This document shows positions 19,051 to 28,264 of a stretch of 64,000 nt of DNA, piece after piece. This DNA is from Chlamydiales bacterium. Its GTDB lineage: Bacteria > Chlamydiota > Chlamydiia > Chlamydiales > Simkaniaceae. A model generated the notes under the pieces. That model was not told where the DNA came from and searched no databases. It saw only the letters and a list, made by a program, of their open reading frames with translations. Both the position numbers and the translations under genes were made by a program. Within the stretch, counting starts at the first letter, position 1; every line of letters starts with the position of its first letter. The DNA lies in contig JACKPO010000008.1 in the NCBI GenBank assembly GCA_024233515.1, forward strand, positions 10,581-74,580, written 5' to 3'.

Positions 19051-19509
19051 ATGTCAAATTATCGTGAACATGCTAAGTTTAACCTCCTTATCGCCCTCCC
19101 CTTACTGATAGGAGGGATGTACTATTTCCTCCACCCCCATCCTCACCAATTGATCACTTTTACTGCAGCCTTTATCTATAGCACCCTCTTTATGAATCCC
19201 GATGTTGATTTAGCCCATCAGATTCGGCTCGTCTCCCTTCGGGGACTACTGACCCTTCCGTTCCGCTCCTACTCGAAGATTTTCAAACACCGCGGACTTT
19301 CCCATCACCTGATCTTGGGTTCCTTCACGCGAATTGGATGGCTCCTATTGTGGGCTGTGGTCATTTTTTATGCGACCTATAAAGCCCTCCCCGAAACCAA
19401 AACCTTTCTCAGTTTCTATAAGAAATATCAGTTCTATTTCTTCTATGGATTGGGAGGGATTTGCTTAGCCGATTGGGGACATCTCCTCTTGGATAGAAAA
19501 AAGTCATGA
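19051..19509 (+). CDS. DUF2227-like putative metal-binding membrane protein
   Basis: H..FN, PDVDL, HRGLSHH and HLLLD motifs with TM segments. Confidence 0.8.
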   Translation: MSNYREHAKFNLLIALPLLIGGMYYFLHPHPHQLITFTAAFIYSTLFMNPDVDLAHQIRLVSLRGLLTLPFRSYSKIFKHRGLSHHLILGSFTRIGWLLLWAVVIFYATYKALPETKTFLSFYKKYQFYFFYGLGGICLADWGHLLLDRKKS

Positions 19510-20411
19510 TCCTCCCTCTGAAAATCTCTCACCTAACCAAATCCTTCGGAAAAGTTATCGCCGTAAACGATGTGAGTTTTGAGATTAAACCCGGAGAGGT
19601 CTTTGGCCTCCTCGGCCCCAACGGCGCAGGAAAAACCACCATCATCTCCTCCATCGTCACCCTCCTCTCGCCAACAGAGGGAACCATTGAAGTCTATGGA
19701 ACCGATGTCAAAAAAAATCCTCGCCTAGCAAAAACCTATCTCGGTTTTGTCCCACAGGAGCTCATCCACCACGGTTTTTTTACCGTCGAGGAGATCTTGA
19801 AATACCATGCTTCCTACTTTGGTATTCGGCTCGATAAAACCTACCTCCGCTACCTCTTAGAAAAACTTCACCTATGGATCCACAGGAAAAAGCTTGTGAA
19901 CCAACTCAGTGGAGGGATGAAACGGCGCTTACTGATCATTAAAGCGCTCCTTCATAAACCGAAAGTTCTCCTTCTCGATGAACCCACCGCAGGGGTCGAT
20001 ATCGAGCTCCGCTCCTCCCTTTGGGATTTCATCCAAGAACTGAAACAAGAAGAGATGTCGATCCTTCTAACCACCCACTACCTTGAAGAAGCCGAACGGC
20101 TCTGTGATCGCATCGGAATTCTCAGTGGCGGACGACTCAAGCGGGTCGATCAAACCTCAAAACTTTTGAAAGAACACTCCTCGAAAAAAGTCACGATCAT
20201 CCTCACTCGCCCTCTGCCTCCCGTTCATCATCCCCTCATTCAAAGACAAAGCGACCATTTTCTCGACTTCGTCGTTCCCAATGAACTCCCCTTGAATACT
20301 CTCTTTCAAGAAGCTCAGATTCCCCTTGATGTCATCCAAGACATCAACATTAAAGTGGGAACCCTTGAGGACGTCATGCATAATATTCTGAATGGAGATC
20401 CCCATGAATAA
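19506..20411 (+). CDS. ABC transporter ATP-binding protein (YadG-like)
   Basis: GPNGAGKTT, LSGGMKRR, LLLDEPT and TTHY. Confidence 0.95.
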   Translation: MILPLKISHLTKSFGKVIAVNDVSFEIKPGEVFGLLGPNGAGKTTIISSIVTLLSPTEGTIEVYGTDVKKNPRLAKTYLGFVPQELIHHGFFTVEEILKYHASYFGIRLDKTYLRYLLEKLHLWIHRKKLVNQLSGGMKRRLLIIKALLHKPKVLLLDEPTAGVDIELRSSLWDFIQELKQEEMSILLTTHYLEEAERLCDRIGILSGGRLKRVDQTSKLLKEHSSKKVTIILTRPLPPVHHPLIQRQSDHFLDFVVPNELPLNTLFQEAQIPLDVIQDINIKVGTLEDVMHNILNGDPHE

Positions 20412-21186
20412 AGCGCGACAAATGCTCGGACTGTTTCAAAGAGAAGTGGCCCGTTTTTTTAAAGTTCCCCTTCAAACGCTCGGAGCTCCCATCGTCAACT
20501 CCTTCCTCTATCTTCTTATTTTTGGTGTGAGTCTGGGAGGATCGATCACGATCGATGAAAACGTCCCCTACCTCGCTTTTTTAATTCCGGGACTCATCGC
20601 CATGTCGGTCATTAAAAATGCCTTCGATAACGCCACCAGTAGTATCATGGGACAAAAGTATGTCAATGAACTCCAAGATCACCGCACCACCCCCCTGTCT
20701 CTCCAACAACTTTGCCTATCACGCAGTCTTGCTTCCCTCGTTCGGGGCCTTCTTGTTGGACTGATCACCTACCTCGTTGGACAAAGCTTTTACCTCGTTT
20801 TTCAGGGGCACTTTCTTCCCATCCATGATCCCTGGATCTTTCTATACTTTATCATTTTTGGAGGCCTTGCCTTTGGAAGTCTTGGAACAGCAATTGGGAT
20901 GTGGTCGAATAGCTTTGAACATGTCGGCGCTGTCAGCATGCTCGTCCTTCTTCCCCTCATCTATCTTGGCGGGGTCTTCTTCAGTCTCGATCAAGCCCAC
21001 ACCTTTTGGCAAACTCTCTCCCACTTCAATCCCCTCTACTATATGATCGATGGGATACGGTATGGGATGCTCGGCACCTCTGACCTCAGCGCACCCCTCG
21101 CGGCTCTAGTCACCTTAGCCTTCTTTCTCCTCTGCTACGTCCTTGCCCTCCTTAGTCTCCGCCCCGGAAAAAACTACCTCCGCTAA
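20404..21186 (+). CDS. ABC-2 type permease (YadH-like)
   Basis: Six TM segments, YLAFLIPGL and NPLYYMIDGIRYG; follows the ATPase gene. Confidence 0.9.
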   Translation: MNKARQMLGLFQREVARFFKVPLQTLGAPIVNSFLYLLIFGVSLGGSITIDENVPYLAFLIPGLIAMSVIKNAFDNATSSIMGQKYVNELQDHRTTPLSLQQLCLSRSLASLVRGLLVGLITYLVGQSFYLVFQGHFLPIHDPWIFLYFIIFGGLAFGSLGTAIGMWSNSFEHVGAVSMLVLLPLIYLGGVFFSLDQAHTFWQTLSHFNPLYYMIDGIRYGMLGTSDLSAPLAALVTLAFFLLCYVLALLSLRPGKNYLR

Positions 21187-21193
21187 ATAGGTT

Positions 21194-21421
21194 TTAACGG
21201 ATCGATGCTTTGAGGCGTTGATTCGCCTCTCTCATCTTCCGCATGTGACGGGTAATGATGAGGGTAAAATGGCGAGTCATGTTATCAAGAAACTGCTTCT
21301 TTTCATCCTTTGTGAACTTTGAATAAAAAGCCTTAAAGGGATGAGGATCACGAGCGGGGTTGATCGTCTGGTCCGACTGCTGCCGTATCTGTCTCTTTGC
21401 TCCGATGGGGCTGGTGCTCAT
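21194..21421 (-). CDS. Small basic hypothetical protein downstream of the secretin
   Basis: 75 aa with ATG preceded by GGGAG; overlaps the secretin 3' end and fills the gap up to the convergent permease gene. Confidence 0.5.
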   Translation of the reverse strand: MSTSPIGAKRQIRQQSDQTINPARDPHPFKAFYSKFTKDEKKQFLDNMTRHFTLIITRHMRKMREANQRLKASIR

Positions 21422-23048
21422 ACGTTTTCTCCCGTTTGACCATATCGATTCCCTGCTGAAAATCTGCAGGATAGAGGGTCTGATTTCTGAATTGGTTTTC
21501 TTGGAACGCCGTCACATTTTTATACTCGTTGCCTGAGTGGATGATCTGTGGACGGACAAAGACAATCACGTTACGCTTCTCTTCTTCTTCTGTAGATTTA
21601 CTGAACGCAGCCCCAATGAACGGGAGACCACCTAAACAAGGCAGACCAGACTTATGGTGACGTTTCGAGTTGCGAATCATCCCAGTCAGAACCAAAAAGC
21701 TTTGATCGGGAACATGGACTTGCGTTGCCATGTCGGTTTTCGTTGTGTTAATCCCATTCGACGTATTCGCAATCCGATTCAAATTTGGAATCACGTCAGT
21801 AATTTCTTCTGCAATCTCAAGGGTGATCATATCCCCATCACCCAAAAGCGGGGTGATGTTGAGCTTCACCCCAACATCGCGGTATTCAATATTTGCAGAG
21901 GTTTGCTGCGAGGCACCAATTGTTTCAACCGTTGATCCGGTGAAGGCGATATTGTCTCCGACAAAGATTCTCGAAAGCTTATTGTCTTGCGTGATGATCT
22001 TCTGGTTGAGAACAATGGTGCTATCCCCATCAGCTTGCAGGGCAGAAACCAAACTTCCTAGCGAAAGATAGCTTTTACCCTTGTGTAGGATAATATCCCC
22101 AATCACCCCCAAATCAAAGCCCCGTCCCAACGGAAACTGATCCGCTCCAGTGGGTGGATTGTCTGCATTGATCCCCTGTAGGGTTGATGCAAACGGCGCT
22201 TTTCGATGAGAGGCGGGGAAATTACCCATTCCATACCCAAATTTATCCCGGTATTGACCACCCGCTGCCCACTCAAGTCCAAACTCAAGCCCCTTTTTCA
22301 CATCAGTCTCGATCACGAGAACCTCAATGAAAACCTGTTTTTTGGGGACATCGAGTGACTGAATAAGATCGGTCAGCTCGTCAATACCTTCTTCTGTTCC
22401 GGTGTAAAGGATCGAGTTTGTTGATTGGACCCATTGCATGGAATCAATCGTTTCAACAAGATCTTTTGATCGACCGGGATTGTGTTTTAACGTTGCTGCG
22501 ACATTTTTGATCGCTGAGAGAATTTCCGTTCCAACATGGTACTGCAACTTATAAACGAAAAAGTCTCCCTTTTTCTGAAACTCATGAAACGGGAGGAGCT
22601 GAGTGCCTTTAAAGTCGCTAACGAGTCGAACTTCCTCCTTCTCTCCCGAACGGCCTTTGTGTTTGGCGAGTTTGAGCATTTTATGCTCTTTGAGCTCCCA
22701 CTCCTCCATCTTCTCAACAAGAAAGTATCCACCCTTTTCCTCAGCTTTAATCCCTTGTTGACTCAAGAGTTCAACCATAATTTCTAAGATTTTTTCAGGC
22801 GTTGTCGCTCGTCCAGTCACCAGGCTGATGTTGAAGTCGAGGAGCTTTTCATCATAAATGAAATTCTGCTCAGAAATCTCGCTGACAAATCTTAAAAACT
22901 CAAGCATCGAAACATCTTGAAAATTCACCGTCACCGCTCTTTCTTCTGATTCTGGAGGCGTGAGCTGAAATCTAAGCTCCTCTTCCCCACTTAAAGGAGT
23001 GGCGACAAAAGAGAGGAGCGTTGCAAGTTGAACAATCTTGTGTTTCAT
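21348..23048 (-). CDS. Secretin, short paralog of the chlamydial T3SS outer ring CdsC/SctC (GspD-like)
   Basis: Signal peptide; N0 domain TVNFQDVSMLEFLRFVSEISEQNF; FFVYKLQY...QWVQSTNS; LDVPKKQVFIEVLVIE; IEYRDVGVKLNITP; GLPCLGGLPFIGAAFS; VFVRPQII. Confidence 0.85.
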   Translation of the reverse strand: MKHKIVQLATLLSFVATPLSGEEELRFQLTPPESEERAVTVNFQDVSMLEFLRFVSEISEQNFIYDEKLLDFNISLVTGRATTPEKILEIMVELLSQQGIKAEEKGGYFLVEKMEEWELKEHKMLKLAKHKGRSGEKEEVRLVSDFKGTQLLPFHEFQKKGDFFVYKLQYHVGTEILSAIKNVAATLKHNPGRSKDLVETIDSMQWVQSTNSILYTGTEEGIDELTDLIQSLDVPKKQVFIEVLVIETDVKKGLEFGLEWAAGGQYRDKFGYGMGNFPASHRKAPFASTLQGINADNPPTGADQFPLGRGFDLGVIGDIILHKGKSYLSLGSLVSALQADGDSTIVLNQKIITQDNKLSRIFVGDNIAFTGSTVETIGASQQTSANIEYRDVGVKLNITPLLGDGDMITLEIAEEITDVIPNLNRIANTSNGINTTKTDMATQVHVPDQSFLVLTGMIRNSKRHHKSGLPCLGGLPFIGAAFSKSTEEEEKRNVIVFVRPQIIHSGNEYKNVTAFQENQFRNQTLYPADFQQGIDMVKREKTYEHQPHRSKETDTAAVGPDDQPRS

Positions 23049-23250
23049 ACTTATTATGATCGTTAATGGTTAAAGAAGTTCCAACTATAACAAGGATAAC
23101 AAATTAGAAAATAGAAAAATTTGTTTGCCAATGACTAGAAATGACAAAAGATGAAAATATGTTTTTTCGTAACCAACTAAAAACGAATACGCTAACACAT
23201 TTGCTTCTTAATGGAAAATTAATAGAACAAGAATGATTTGACGACACTAT

Positions 23251-24672
23251 CTAGAAATAGATGAGATAGTCGATGCCGAAAGTATAATCGCGATGTCCTA
23301 AGTGAGACGGATCGAGGTAATAAGGTGTCCCTGTTGCAATATTCCCCCCTGCACGATTGTTTTTTGCGTACAGCTTATCGGACGTTAGCTCAATACTTAA
23401 GAGATTGCCACGAAAGAGGTGATAGGCCCATGTCAGTGACATCCGCTCTTTCGGAACATTAAAACCAAGCGAGTTCCAGCTACGCGAATAAGAAAAAGCA
23501 AGGGAACTATCCCGTTTTCCAATCGCAAAAGAGTAGGCAAGCTCCACATCAAAAGCACGTGGTCTTGCTCCTTTAAAAGTCGTTCCATTTGAGCTGAACG
23601 AAGCATCCCTCTCATCAAAAGGGCGGAGCGCCTGATTATACTCCCCGATCAAGTTCCAACACTTCCAGGTGAAGTTAAAATTGGCATCGATCGCAGGAAC
23701 CACTTTATGGAGCTGCTCAGTATTCGAAGGATCCCCAAAGGCCACCTGCATCCCTAGAGAATCAGCCATGTTCCGGATAAAACCGACCCCAATTTTTCCA
23801 TCAAAATCACTGGGATGAAAGTGAAACCCAAGGTTCATCCCGTAGTTGTTCACATTATGACCAGAGTCCGAGTGGCTATCGCCCTTTAGAGCAAAGACCG
23901 CTACCTGCATAAAGTCATTATAAAAACCAACAGTGACATCGCGAGCAAACGTTCGGAAAAGAATCTTCGTTAACGGGTCTTGAATCGCGTTATAGGTCGT
24001 ATATTGCCCAAAAGGAAGATATGTTTGCCCAATCGTTAAGTACCAAGGAGTGTACGAGAGATCCCCAAAAGTCACAAACATCGACTCCCCCTTAATTCTC
24101 GAGTTTGCCACACGGCTACGACTCAGTGTGGGATCGACAGAGTAGTCGTAATTGATGGCCACAAAACCATAGACCCAAGGAGCCATCACAATCAAGAAGT
24201 CAAGTTCTGCTTGAACGAGATCAAGATCACTTCCTGCATGTCCACCTGCATCCCTTTGTACATATCCCGTAAACTCGATGTCCCCACTCATAAAAATACG
24301 AGGATGGATCGGATAAGGGATTTGCTCCTCCTTCATGAACTTAATCGCCTGCTCAAGCTCAAGGAGGATCATCAAATCCTTATTGACGTTCGAAAGACTC
24401 GACATGAGCTCATTCCCCTCGTACGTGGCCCGCACCCCTGGATAAGGGGAAGAGGTGACAAAGGTCCCAAAGTAGTCGACAATCTGTTGCTGCAATGTCA
24501 GCTCTTTTTTCTTCGTCGGTGCTTCAATCTCTTTCAGGAGGGGGTTCTGGTAACTCTGGCGAAGGGCCTCTTGCTGATTTTTTTGCTGCACATCTTGGTA
24601 TTCCGCAAACGTTCCCTCTTGGATCGCAAACAATGAAGAGGTTAGAAGACAGAGAGCAATCAATCGTTTCAT
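23251..24672 (-). CDS. Outer-membrane beta-barrel porin, LbtU-like
   Basis: Signal peptide, short coiled coil, amphipathic beta strands, IGQTYLPFG motif and C-terminal Phe (DYLIYF). Confidence 0.65.
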   Translation of the reverse strand: MKRLIALCLLTSSLFAIQEGTFAEYQDVQQKNQQEALRQSYQNPLLKEIEAPTKKKELTLQQQIVDYFGTFVTSSPYPGVRATYEGNELMSSLSNVNKDLMILLELEQAIKFMKEEQIPYPIHPRIFMSGDIEFTGYVQRDAGGHAGSDLDLVQAELDFLIVMAPWVYGFVAINYDYSVDPTLSRSRVANSRIKGESMFVTFGDLSYTPWYLTIGQTYLPFGQYTTYNAIQDPLTKILFRTFARDVTVGFYNDFMQVAVFALKGDSHSDSGHNVNNYGMNLGFHFHPSDFDGKIGVGFIRNMADSLGMQVAFGDPSNTEQLHKVVPAIDANFNFTWKCWNLIGEYNQALRPFDERDASFSSNGTTFKGARPRAFDVELAYSFAIGKRDSSLAFSYSRSWNSLGFNVPKERMSLTWAYHLFRGNLLSIELTSDKLYAKNNRAGGNIATGTPYYLDPSHLGHRDYTFGIDYLIYF

Positions 24673-26594
24673 GGGAAATTTTCAATGGTTATTGGTTCTA
24701 GTTCATCTGCCGGCTCGAAGCCAAACACCTTTCCATAAAAGTAAAGCTCACTATCGAGAGCCTTCTTAATATTTTCAGACATCCTAAACCCGTGCCCCTC
24801 CCCTTCAAAGAGAAGGTAAGCGGTTGGAATTCCCTTCTTCTTAAGCACCTCAAACATCATCTCAGACTGCTCAGGTGGAACAACTCTATCCTCCGCCCCT
24901 TGAAATAAAATAATCGGGCACGATAACTGATCTGTATGATGGATCGGACTCAGGGCCCGATACTTTTCCTTCTCTTCCGGATAAGGGCCAATCAATCCAT
25001 CAGTGTAGTGCATCTCAAACTTGTGGGTATGACACGCAAGCGCCTCTAAATCGGAGATTCCATACGAACAGACTCCCGCCTTAAACACATCGCGGAATGT
25101 TAGCGCCGCAAGGGTGGTATACCCTCCAGCACTTCCCCCCGAAATCGACATCCGTTCTCCATCAACACGCCCTTCTCTCACAAGATAAAGGGCACCATTG
25201 ACACAGTCATCAACATCGACAACGCCCCAGTTCCTATTGAGCCTTTCGCGGTACTCCCTTCCATACCCTGTACTCCCCCCATAGTTCACATCCAAATATC
25301 CAAACCCACGCGACGTCCAAAACTGCGTTTCCAAACTCAAAACTGCTCGAGAACAAGCGGAAGGCCCCCCATGACTTTTCACAATAAGCGGGGGATGACC
25401 TGTTCCCTCATAATTTTTATTCTTCGGTGGATAATAGAACCCATAGGCCGTTTTCCCCCCTTCTGTTGGGAATTCAATCACCTCAGGAGAAGAAAGGTAT
25501 TCGCGATCGATCGTCAGCTCTTTTGACTTCCTGAGCCGCTTCAACTTTTTTTCCTTCACATCGAAGCTTGCTAAAACACGCAGCTCCGTGGGCGATGCTC
25601 CAGTAAAATAGAGCTTGCTTCCCACCACTTTAAAACTCCCATAACTCGTAAACGGAAGATCGAGCTCTTCTAAAGTCTTCTCTCTTGGATCAATAATCCC
25701 CACATGATCGATCCCTTTCACTGTATAAACAGTTGCAATCCGTCCATCGTCTAAAAAGCCGTAGTTTTCCATCCCGAAAACCCACAGAGGTTGACCAAAC
25801 TCGGCCTCCATTGGGCAAAGAGACTCCCCATCTCCCTTATAGATGTTCCACCATCCGCTTCGATCAGAAACATAGTGAAGGACCCCTTCTGGTGACCACA
25901 TCGGTTGGAAAATCGACTCATCCTTTCCTCCCGCAACCGCTCGAACATCAACAAGATTTCCTTCCTGATCTAAATTTCCTACCCAAAGGGTCGATCCATC
26001 CCAAGGCATATTCGAATGATCCCACGTTAAAAAGGCCATCTGATTCCCTTCAGGATGGAGGGTCGGCATCGAATAAAAATCATGCCCTTCATGAAGGACT
26101 TTTCCTCCCACTTCAACAAGACGGTTGATCACCTCATGTTCAGAAACGTGCTCCTCTTCGACAGCGTAGACCTTTTCACCAGACACCAGAGGATTAGCAT
26201 AACGCTTCCCCTCCTCGACAAAAAGTGGCTCCACCAGTCCTGCACGATCTCTTCGATAAAGTCCCCCATCATGAAAGTTGGAAAAATAAACCACTCCATG
26301 AGCAACAGTAAAAGCTCCGCCACCATATTCATGGACACGACTTCTCGCATTATAGGGGGCCTCTAAACAATCGATCGCCTCTCCGTCCCACTTGACCACC
26401 ACAGAACGCCCTTGCTCCTCCGGTCTCATCTCATTCCAATAGAGAGTCTCCCCATCTATGACGAGATCCCCCAAACGAACTGTTGATTCCACAATCATTG
26501 AAGAAGTGATCGGGGATTCCCACGATCCATAAGGTTTAGCCGTGACCATCGCTGTCCAAAGGGTTAAAAATATGAGCGTCTTACAAAATTTCAT
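24669..26594 (-). CDS. S9 family (prolyl oligopeptidase-like / acylaminoacyl) peptidase
   Basis: PYGSWESPI, HGGP, NYGGSTGYG, nucleophile GGSAGG, DRVVP and EGHGF catalytic-triad motifs. Confidence 0.95.
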   Translation of the reverse strand: MKFCKTLIFLTLWTAMVTAKPYGSWESPITSSMIVESTVRLGDLVIDGETLYWNEMRPEEQGRSVVVKWDGEAIDCLEAPYNARSRVHEYGGGAFTVAHGVVYFSNFHDGGLYRRDRAGLVEPLFVEEGKRYANPLVSGEKVYAVEEEHVSEHEVINRLVEVGGKVLHEGHDFYSMPTLHPEGNQMAFLTWDHSNMPWDGSTLWVGNLDQEGNLVDVRAVAGGKDESIFQPMWSPEGVLHYVSDRSGWWNIYKGDGESLCPMEAEFGQPLWVFGMENYGFLDDGRIATVYTVKGIDHVGIIDPREKTLEELDLPFTSYGSFKVVGSKLYFTGASPTELRVLASFDVKEKKLKRLRKSKELTIDREYLSSPEVIEFPTEGGKTAYGFYYPPKNKNYEGTGHPPLIVKSHGGPSACSRAVLSLETQFWTSRGFGYLDVNYGGSTGYGREYRERLNRNWGVVDVDDCVNGALYLVREGRVDGERMSISGGSAGGYTTLAALTFRDVFKAGVCSYGISDLEALACHTHKFEMHYTDGLIGPYPEEKEKYRALSPIHHTDQLSCPIILFQGAEDRVVPPEQSEMMFEVLKKKGIPTAYLLFEGEGHGFRMSENIKKALDSELYFYGKVFGFEPADELEPITIENFP

Positions 26595-26643
26595 GCAAGC
26601 ATGATAGCAACCAAGAAATTATTTAAGCAAGAACGAAAGTAGG

Positions 26644-26979
26644 TCAAACTTGGCGCGCGCGCCCTTTCCAATGTTGTGTCGGATACTTCGCCTCAGTCAT
26701 CTTCAACTTCTTTTCAGAAATTTCAAGAAGATCGATATCGAGCTTCATCGCTAGAAGGAGGAGATTGTTGAAGATATCAGCAATCTCTTCTTTGATGTGT
26801 TGCGCCGTTTCAGGATGATTCATCACGGTCTCACACTCTTCGAGAGTGAGCCAACGGAAAATCTCAGCGAGCTCTCCCGTTTCAGAAATGAGGGAGAGGA
26901 CAAGATTTTTGGGATTATGAAACTGATCCCACTCTCTTTCAGTGACAAATTTACGGAGCTGATCTTTAAGTATGTCCAT
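26644..26979 (-). CDS. MazG-like nucleotide pyrophosphohydrolase (dCTPase-like)
   Basis: REWDQFHNPKNL, ETGELAEIF.W, EEIAD and KYP. Confidence 0.9.
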   Translation of the reverse strand: MDILKDQLRKFVTEREWDQFHNPKNLVLSLISETGELAEIFRWLTLEECETVMNHPETAQHIKEEIADIFNNLLLLAMKLDIDLLEISEKKLKMTEAKYPTQHWKGRARQV

Positions 26980-26996
26980 ACTCTCTCTTATAAAAA

Positions 26997-28262
26997 ATGA
27001 CAGAAAAAGAAGGAAGGACTATCTTCCATTCTATGAATGTATCCCTTGGCGTTTTGATCCTTGTCTTCCTCGGCATTGCCCTCAGGCAACTCTTCCGTCT
27101 CCCCTTGCGCATTTGGCAAATCATGGGGATTGGCGCAGCGATCACCCTTTTTACAGGACAAATCTCCCTCCATCAAGCCCTTCATGCAATCGATTGGGAT
27201 ATCATCTTCTTCCTATTTGGGATGTTTTACGTCTGCAGCTCGCTCGAACAAAGTGGCCTCATCCACAACTTTGTCTCCCGCCACCTCTTGGAGGATTGTT
27301 CCAAGAAAGCCCTCGCCTTTTTTATCGTCTTTGGGATGGGGATTTTCTCCGCTCTCTTTATGAATGACACCCTTGCTATTTTAGGAACGCCTCTTCTCCT
27401 AAAAGTCGCTCATCATCGCCGCCTTCAAACGACTCCCCTCCTCCTTGGCCTAGCCTTTGCTATCACCATCGGAAGTGTTTGCTCTCCCATCGGCAATCCC
27501 CAAAATCTCCTCATCGCTCTTCAAGCGCCCATTGGCGCCCCCTTTGCCACCTTCCTAAAATATCTCGCTCTACCCACCCTGATCAATCTCATCCTCCTCT
27601 ACTTCCTCCTCCTAAAATGGATGAACAAACCTGCCCACTACCACCATGAGATCGAAGAGACCGCTCCCCACAATAAACGGCTGATGACCCTCTCAAAACT
27701 TGCCCTTCTGATCATCATCGTCATGATCGGCTATAATCTCATCGCCTCCTACCTCCCGATTCTTCCCATCCCCCTTCCAGGGATCGCCCTTATTCCCGCA
27801 GCTTTTCTTCTGATCCTCGGCCCTAAACGAAAAGAGATTTTCTCCCATCTTGATTGGGCGACTCTGATTTTCTTTATCGGACTCTTTATTGTGATGAAAA
27901 GTGTTTGGATCAACTCTTCCCTAAAAACGGTCCTCCTCTCCCCTACCCCATGGATGGAATCGATCCCGGGTGTCATGACCCTCAGCGCCCTTCTCTCCCA
28001 ACTGATTTCGAACGTCCCCCTAGTTGCCCTCTATCTCCCCACTCTCACCCAACAACCGGCCGCCACTTACATGGCCCTTGCCGCAGGCTCAACCATCGCT
28101 GGCAACTTCCTTATCTTCGGCGCCGCCAGCAACTTTATCATCGCGCAAAACGCCGAAAAGCGGGGCGATCTATCCTTTACCTTCTTCACCTTTGCCAAAT
28201 ATGGCATCCCCCTCTCGCTTCTCAACTTCGCCATCTACTGGCTCTCCCTCACCTACCTCTAA
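26997..28262 (+). CDS. ArsB/NhaD (IT superfamily) anion transporter
   Basis: SALFMND, SPIGNPQN, SQLISNVP and GSTIAGN...GAASN motifs. Start may be the ATG at 27033. Confidence 0.9.
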   Translation: MTEKEGRTIFHSMNVSLGVLILVFLGIALRQLFRLPLRIWQIMGIGAAITLFTGQISLHQALHAIDWDIIFFLFGMFYVCSSLEQSGLIHNFVSRHLLEDCSKKALAFFIVFGMGIFSALFMNDTLAILGTPLLLKVAHHRRLQTTPLLLGLAFAITIGSVCSPIGNPQNLLIALQAPIGAPFATFLKYLALPTLINLILLYFLLLKWMNKPAHYHHEIEETAPHNKRLMTLSKLALLIIIVMIGYNLIASYLPILPIPLPGIALIPAAFLLILGPKRKEIFSHLDWATLIFFIGLFIVMKSVWINSSLKTVLLSPTPWMESIPGVMTLSALLSQLISNVPLVALYLPTLTQQPAATYMALAAGSTIAGNFLIFGAASNFIIAQNAEKRGDLSFTFFTFAKYGIPLSLLNFAIYWLSLTYL

Positions 28263-28264
28263 AA

